Of a DNA stretch of 64,000 bases, positions 56,269 through 64,000 are shown one piece after another. Every line of letters starts with the position of its first letter. Within the stretch, counting starts at the first letter, position 1. Below the pieces are notes generated by a model. The model saw only the letters and a program-made list of their open reading frames with translations. It was not told the origin of the DNA and ran no database searches. Both the position numbers and the translations under genes were made by a program. The stretch lies in assembly GCF_009914755.1 (NCBI RefSeq), contig NC_060927.1, one strand, 5' to 3'. This stretch comes from the human T2T-CHM13v2.0 reference genome, Homo sapiens.

Positions 56269-57018
56269 ACATTCACCCAAATAACTCTACAAACACAAAA
56301 TCTATATTCTTTAAGAAAAAAAAAAGACAATTCTGTTATAATATATTTTCCAGAGTATTCTACCATATCAGGCAAATAATTCAACATTTATTCTATAGTG
56401 TGGCATTTGTTAAATAACTAGTCTCACAACAGACTATTAAATGTATGCATTTGTATTGAGGGAAAATTAAAGAACTGATTTGTGTAGGGAATTTTTATTC
56501 CTTTTGGAAAATCCTTTGTTAAAAGATCTCTAAGTGATTAATTTTTTAAATTTGCATAACACAGATTCACAAAATAAATTGGGTTAATTTTCAGGTGTGA
56601 AAACCCTCTGGGAATTGGTGGTTTTTCTTGATGTAGCAAATATCTTGATCACAGAGACTAACATTTCAAATAACATCCCTGCTTTCACAATCATGGGGCC
56701 TTATTTTATAAAGCCAATAGGATGTAATTACATTAGAGGTGTTATTTTTAAAAATACCAACAAAATTAATTTATGCTTCAGAGGGCTATGGGGAATTTCA
56801 CATTTGTGTGTAGCCACACACAGAACTTTAAACAGTAATATGAAACCATTCTAAAAGTTGGATAGTACCAAAACCTTACAAAATGATAATAAGAACTAGT
56901 TTTGTCACATATTTTAAGCAACCAACAAAGAAAGCATTCCACCTTTGTCTTTGTAATCCAGCCTTTACAGCTTTTTACTAGATACTGTATAAGCCCTTAT
57001 GGAATGAATTTTAAATCC

Positions 57019-57483
57019 TGCATTAGTTTTTTATTGCTGTGGTAACAAATTACCACACATTTGGTGGCTTAAAACAACACAAACTTATTATCTTAGAGAT
57101 TTAGGGGTCAAAGTTTAAAATCAGACTGACTTGGGCAGGACTGGTTGGCAGGTCTGGTTTTTTCCAGAGGTTTTAGGGAGAATTCGTTCTTTGCTTCTTC
57201 CAGCTTCTGCAGGCTACCAGCATTCTTTGATTCATGGCTACATCATTCCACCCTCTGCTTCCATCATTGACTTTTCTTACTTGGAGCCTCTTGCCTCCCT
57301 GCTATGTGGACCCTTTTGATTATGCTGAGCACACTAAGATAATCCAGAATAACCTCCTCATCTCAAGATCCTTAATTTAATCACATCAACAAAATTTATT
57401 CAGCCATATAAAGTAAGATATTCACACACTCTAGAGATTAGAGTGTTGACACCTTTGCCAGATCATTATTTTGTCTACCACAA
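57019..57483 (-). mobile_element. MLT1 (B/C/D-like) LTR
   Basis: tgcattagttttttattgctgtggtaacaaattaccacacatttggtggcttaaaacaacac...ttttgtctaccaca. Confidence 0.85.
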
Positions 57484-57797
57484 AAAATGCTAACCTATTT
57501 TTTGTATTTTATTATATGCTACCCTCATTTTATCTAATCCTTCATTTTCACCTGTTGAATAGTACTACTGTCAGTAACATAAAAACAACATTTTTGAAAT
57601 ATAAATTAATTAGTTAAAGCAGTCCATCTATTTGTGCATCATTATTATGGTCTGGTAAGTTTACTGGGTGTCGTCCACTTTACTGTCTTGTCATCCTTGA
57701 AACTATTTTCTACAGCTAAGAGTTGGATTAATTGACTCTATAATTTTAAAAATAGTATAAAACACTTACCTTTAATTGTTTTGCATTCATCTCTTTC

Positions 57798-58132
57798 ACT
57801 CTCTCTTTTTTTGTTTTAGGATATGGAGTCTCCCTCTGTCCTCCAGGCTGGAGTGCAGTTTTGCAGTCATAACTCACTGCAGCCTTGAACTCCTGGTCTT
57901 AAGAGCTCCCCTTGCCTGAGGCCTCCTCAGTAGCAGGGACTACAGGAATTAGCCACTGTGCCCACCTAATTAAATTTTTTAATTTTATGATTATTAGTAT
58001 TAGTATTAGTGTTTTTGTAGAGATAGGGTCTCTCTATGTTGCTCAGGCTGGTCTCAAACTCCTGGACTCTAGACATTCCCCTGTCTCAGCCTCCAAAGTA
58101 GCTGGGATTATAGGTGCGGGCACTGCCCCGGC
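57798..58132 (-). mobile_element. AluJ
   Basis: ctcactgcagccttgaactcctgg (J-type); TSD tcatctctttc. Confidence 0.9.
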
Positions 58133-59939
58133 TCATCTCTTCTTTTCTAGAGACCTTATGTTTATATATTTAGTTAATTTTAACAAGACTTCTTAGTTAA
58201 TATTTTGATTTTAAGTGCATATAAGAAAGCAATGTCTTTAAAAGCTGCCAGAGAGAAAGTATAACATAGACTTCAGAGCTAAATAAAAAGTAGGTTTTAA
58301 AAGATGTCAATAAATACATTTCCAAATGACAGAATGGTTTGAGGCTGTGGGATGATAACAAATCCGGGTTGAATAACAAATGGCAGAGACGTTGTGTGAT
58401 GCTCATATCAGGGGTGAGTGTGACTCTAGGTTCATGTCATTTATATGTCCATTAATGAAATTTTAAGACCTTTTTAAATTCCCACGAAACTACAAAGAAA
58501 AAGAACAAGTAGTTTTGTTATTTTACAGTGGATCATCCTATGGTAACAATTAATGCTTCATAAAGAGACACTGTGGTACAGATGAGGAGCAGGATCTTGT
58601 TTATTGCCTTGTCAAGGAACAAATCTTTACAAAAATAAAGGAATTGGCTGTTCTTACAATCTTCGGCTGCTGAAGGTATTTTGATTTGTTTTGGGAGGTG
58701 GTGATGGTGTGAATTTTAAGAGATCTTTCTGAGAAGAATAAAAGGATGTGACTATAATTACCAAGCGAGTGGAAGAAAAAGGATACCTGGTAAATTAGTG
58801 AGCCTTTGAACACTACTTTCTATCCACTGGGCTGAGAAATGAACAGTTTGGAAAGAGGCTGGGAAAATGCAAGATTTTAGTTCAGCAAATGTTGAGATCA
58901 GAAATAATTGGATAATGCATGAAATTATGAACTGTTTACCTGACGTTTAAGCATATGGTAATACACACTGTGAGTGAAGAGTCTGGATTTTGATGAAATT
59001 AATAACTTTTTGGTGTTCTGCCATCTGTTTTCTCATTATACCTGAAAAAAATCACTCTAAAAAGCATTTACTGAGTGTTTATCATGTGTCAGACACTGTG
59101 CCAGTGCCTAAGTCAACTAAAATAATAACCTGCTTTTCTGGGGTTTATAATCAATTAGAAAAAGACAGGTGTATACATGAATAACTGCTGTTTCAGGTTA
59201 AAATGGGTTGAAATTCCACCCTAGAATTTTTCCCCTTCCCCTGCACCTCACAATATGGAACATGTAAACTGCAACAACAACAACAAAAATAATCAACAGA
59301 AACCAAATAAGAAAATTAGCATAAACTAGTGCAATAACTGAAAACTGGCCCTGATTAAAGAAAACGAGATTCTGGAGTGCAACAGGAAGGCTTAATAAAG
59401 CCTTAAATAATATAGATAAAACAACGAAATGCTATATTGTGGATTTTCACTAATACCCCCAAAGTTGGGGAAAAGCAAATAAGTGGATATCTGCATCTTT
59501 TTATTCTTCTTACCAGAAAGCAATAAAAACAATAGTTGGAAAGAAATAAGTGAAATTGAGAGACTGGGCTTGACTGGATATTTCTTAAGAAAATGAAGGC
59601 TCCACAGCTGCATACCCAGTTGGAGGAATAATCCAAAGTACAGGATACCCTCTGACCTGAGTAGATGGAGTGAATTCTAGTATAGTATATTTAACAAAAT
59701 CTGAGAGAAGATAAAGTCCAAGCATTCCAACCAAGAGTACAAAGCTACCTCAACTGATCTTTATTCTCTTCTCCCCTTGGGCTGCAAAATTGTAGATGGA
59801 ACAAGACCCATCCAGTACAGAAGGCTACCTAGTTGATACCAACATACAACAGATTGAGAATTACTAGTCTAAGGAAAAGAAAATGTAACTGCCCACCCCC
59901 CACCACCAAACCCGACCAAACCCAACCACAGCCAAAGTA

Positions 59940-60545
59940 TTAATCTCACAAATGAGAAAACTCAGGGAAATTTATCCATTCCTGAATCAAAAGAAAGATG
60001 ATAGAGAGGTAAAAATTTTGAAAATCTTCTGTGCACCCATTAACATACAGAACTACTGCTGGGAGAGGCCACAAAATTACTGACCTGTGAGCTTCCAAAA
60101 GATAATGGTTATGAAAGACGAAGACTAAGAATCTGTTAACGTTTAAAGGAGAATAAAATGACATAACAACTGAATTAAATGAAGAATCCTAGATTGTCCT
60201 GGAACAGAAAAAGACATTGGTGAGATAATTGATGAAATCTGAATGAAGTCTTAACTATTGCATCAATGTTAATTTTCTCTTTTTGATAATTGCACTGTGC
60301 TTATATAAGAAGATATCTCTGCTTTTCAGATGTATACACTGAAAAATTTAGAAGTAAAGAGAGCTTATGTTTGCATGAGGGCTTACTCTCATTTATTTCT
60401 GAAAAAAACTAGAGCGATAAAATGATAAAAAAAGTATAGTAAAATGTAACATTTGAAGAATCTAGATAATAGGGTAAATTGGAATTCCTTGTGCTTCTTT
60501 GTAGCTCTGAAATTATATCAAAATAAAAGTTAAAAGAGAAAAGTA
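59940..60545 (+). mobile_element. L1MC/ME 3' end fragment
   Basis: gacataacaactgaa...ctggaacagaaaaagacatt...atcaatgttaattttc...ctgaaattatatcaaaataaaagtt. Confidence 0.65.
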
Positions 60546-60596
60546 AATATTAAAACTTGGACAATATTAAATTAATAATATAATAAAAAAATAGGT

Positions 60597-60733
60597 AGGC
60601 CAAGTGTGGTGGCTTACACCTTGATCCCAGCACTTTGAGAGGCTGTGGTGAGAGGATGACTTGAGGCCAGGAGTTTGAGACCAGCCTAGGCAACATAGTG
60701 AGACCCCATCCCTACAAAAAATAAGAAAAGAAA
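60597..60733 (+). mobile_element. FLAM / AluJ left monomer
   Basis: aggccaagtgtggtggcttacacc...gagaccagcctaggcaacatagtgagacccc. Confidence 0.85.
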
Positions 60734-61444
60734 GGTAGAGTGGAAAAATAGATTGAAGTATAAAGATATTAAGGTCTTCATATTGCATAGCAGGAAGATA
60801 AAGCCATTTAAAATTTAAATGTACTTGTGAAAGAACCAGTCTGAGTCCAGTGTCTTAATGCTTTTTGTAAACTTGTTTTGTAAATGTAGAAGTCTTTTAA
60901 ATGAGAATATTCTTATCTTGAGAAACAACTTACTGGAAGTTAAGTAGTTCCTTCAGGTGTTCTTTAGTTTCTTTTTTTCCATTAAAATCACATAAATAAT
61001 ATGTATAATATGATCCCATTTTAATAAAATGTCAGCCTACTTAGCCTCCTCATCCTATCTAGATATATACTTTGTATGATAGGGTTCATTTCCATGTAAT
61101 AACATTTTAAATTTTTAAAAACATTCATCTCCATGATTTTCAGCACTATTTGAAATATTTACAATAAGCAGAATTTATTTTTACACAAAAGCAATTTTCT
61201 TTAAAAAATATTAAAAACAAAAAGATTAAAACAAATAAATTAAAAATTCAAATGTGATAAATTGTGGGTGAAAGGAATATAGATGCTTGTTATTTGCTTC
61301 TTTATATTATTCTGTGTTGTTAAAATTTATCATATTTTAAACAAACTAGTTATTAACAAATACATAATACAATACGGTTTTACAGACATTGCCTTGGAAG
61401 GGTGTCTAGTGTCTAGTACAGTGGGATAAGGTACTGTACAATTC

Positions 61445-64000
61445 TTTTTTTTTTCTCCTTCATAGGTTATTGGAGAACAATAACCTATGTTATTGTTTGG
61501 TTATGTGTTATGTTATGTGTTTGGTTACATGACTAAGCTCTTTAGTGGTGATGTGTGAGATTTTGGTGTACCCATCAACGGAACAGTATTCACTGCACCC
61601 TATTGTTAGTTTTTTTATGGCTCACCCCCTTTCTTTCGTTTCCCCCTGAGTCCCCGAAGTCCATTGTGTCATTCTTATGCCTTTGCATCCTCATAGCTTA
61701 GCTCCCACTTATGAGTGAGAATATACAATGTTTGGTTTTCTATTCCTGAGTTTCTTCACTTAGAATAATAATCTCTAATCTCATATCCAGGTTACTGTGA
61801 ATGCCATTAATTTATTCCTTTTTATGGCTGAGTAGTATTCCATCATATATATATGTGTATATATATATATATAATATATATATATATATATACATGATGT
61901 AGTGTGTGTGTTTGTGTGTGTGTGTGTATATATATATGCTACAATTTCTTTATCCACTTGTTGATTGATGAGCATTTGGGTTGGTTCCACGTGTGTAATT
62001 ATGAATTGTACTGCTATAAACATGCATGCAAGTATCTTTTTCATATAATGACTTCTTTTCCTCTGGGTAGATACCCAGTAGTGGGATTGCTGGATCAAAT
62101 GGTAATTCTGGTTTTAGTTCTTTAAGGAATCTCTACCACTTCCACAGTGGTTGTACTAGTTTATGTTCATTCCCACCAGCAGTGTAGAAGTGTTTCCTGT
62201 TCACTGCATCCACACCAACATCTACTATTTTTTGATTATGGCCATTCTACCAGGCGTAAGCTAGTATCGCATTGTGGTTTTGATTTGCATTTCCCTGATC
62301 ATTAGTGATGTTGAGCATTTTTTCATATGTTTGTTGGCCATTTGTATATCTTCTTTTGAGAATTGTCTATTCATGACCTTAGCCCGCTTTTTGATGGGAC
62401 TGTTTGTTTTTTACTTGTTGATTTGTTTGAGTTAATTGTAGATTCTGGATATTAGTCCTTTTGTCGTATGTATAGATTGTGAAGATTTGTTTCCACTCTG
62501 TGGGTTGCCTGTTTACTCTGCTGACTGTTCCTTTTGCCATGTAAAAGCTCCTTAGTTTAATTAAGTCCCAACAATTTATCCTCATTTTTAAGGCATTTGC
62601 TTTTGGGTTCTTGGTCATGAAATCCTTTCTTAAGTCAGTGTCTAGAAGGGTTTTTCCAATGTTGCCTTCTAGAATTTTTATAGTTTCATGTCTTAGATTT
62701 AAGTCCTTAATCCATCTTGAGTTAATTTTTATATAAGGTGATAGATGAGGATCCAGTTTCATTCTTCTACATGTGGCTAGCCAATTATTCCAGCACCATT
62801 TGTTGAATAGGATGTCCTTTCCCCATTTTAAGTTTTCATTTGCTTTGTGAAAGATCAGTTGGATATAAGTATTTGGGTTTATTTCTGGGTTGTCTATTCT
62901 GTTCCATTGGTCTATGTGCCTATTTTTATACCATTACCATGCTGTTTTGGTGACTATGGCCTTACAGTATAGTTTGAAATCAGGTAATGTGATGCCTCCA
63001 GATTTGCTCTTCTTGGTTAGTCTTGCTTTTTTTTTTTTTTTTCCTCCATATGAATTTTAGAATTCTTTTTTTCTAATTCTGTGAAGAATGATATTGGTAT
63101 TTTGATGAGAATTGCATTGAATTTGTAGATTGCTTTTGGCAGTGTGGTCATTTTCACAATATTGACTCTATCCATCCATGAGCATGGGATGTATTTCCAT
63201 TTGTTTGTGTCATCTATGATTTCTTTCAGTAGTGTTTGGTGGTTTTCCTTGTAGAGATCTTTCACCTCCTTGGTTATGTATATTCCTAAGTATTTTATTT
63301 TATTTTTTTGCAGCTATTGTAAAAGGGGTTGAGTTTTTTATTTGATTCTCAGTTCGGTTGCTGTTGGCATATAGAAGGGCTACTGATTTGTGTACATTAA
63401 TTCCGTATCTGGAAACTTTGATGAATTCTTTTATCAGTTCTAGGAGCTTTCTGGAAGAGTCTTTAGGGTTTTCTAGGTAAATGATCATATCATCAGCAAA
63501 CAGTGACAGTTTGACTTCCTCTTTACCGATTTGTATGCTCTTTCTTTCTCTTGTCTGATTGCTCTGGCTAGGACTTCCAGTACTATGTTGAAGAGGAGTG
63601 GTGACAGTGGGCATCCTTGTCTTGTTCCAGTTCTGAGAGGGAATGCTTTCAACTTTTCCCCATTTAGTATTATATTGGCTGTGGGTTTGTCATAGATGGC
63701 TTTTATTATATTGAGATATGTTCTTTCAATGTGAGTTTTGCTGAGAGTTTTAATCATAAAGGGATGCTGGGTTTTGTCAAATGCTTTATCTGCATCTATT
63801 GAGATGATCATGTGATTTTTGTTTTTAATTCTGTTTATGTGGTGTATCACATTTATTCACTTGCATATTTAAACCATCCCTGCATCCTGTGTAATGAAAC
63901 CCACTTGATCATACTGAATTATCTTTTTGTATGTTGTTGGATTTGGTTAGCTAGTATTTTGTTAGGGATTTTAGCAACTATGTTCATCAGGGATATTGGT
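61445..64000 (-). mobile_element. L1PB (L1PB1-like), 3' 2.5 kb, continuing past the window edge
   Basis: L1PB 3'UTR; fragmented ORF2 ([46 protein letters not shown]). Confidence 0.93.

Overview
This is primate (human-like) non-coding genomic DNA, mostly made of transposable elements. I see no host protein-coding exon, RNA gene or CRISPR array, and nearly all listed ORFs are Alu, L1, ERV or microsatellite artefacts. Family names come from recalled consensus sequences, not a database search. Three composite structures stand out. (1) A ~5.5 kb minus-strand insertion at 12259-17730 splits a THE1/MST LTR and is bounded by a perfect 14-bp target-site duplication (TSD). It reads LTR8 R-U5 only, tRNA-Pro PBS, HUERS-P1-like internal sequence, L1PB 3' end, ~190 bp unassigned sequence and a short poly(A). 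This looks like an L1-retroposed chimeric ERV-L1 transcript. (2) A full-length MST (MaLR) provirus at 19738-23727 contains an L1PA insertion that creates a 342-codon MaLR/L1-ORF2 fusion ORF downstream of the 5' LTR. (3) A four-level nest at 39787-50531 runs LTR > 5'-inverted L1PB > HERV-F-type (LTR46-like, PBS-Phe) provirus > Alu. The provirus carries an ERV3/HERV-E-type env TM frame, a 266-bp ectopic RT duplication and a 53-bp duplication found only in the 3' LTR.
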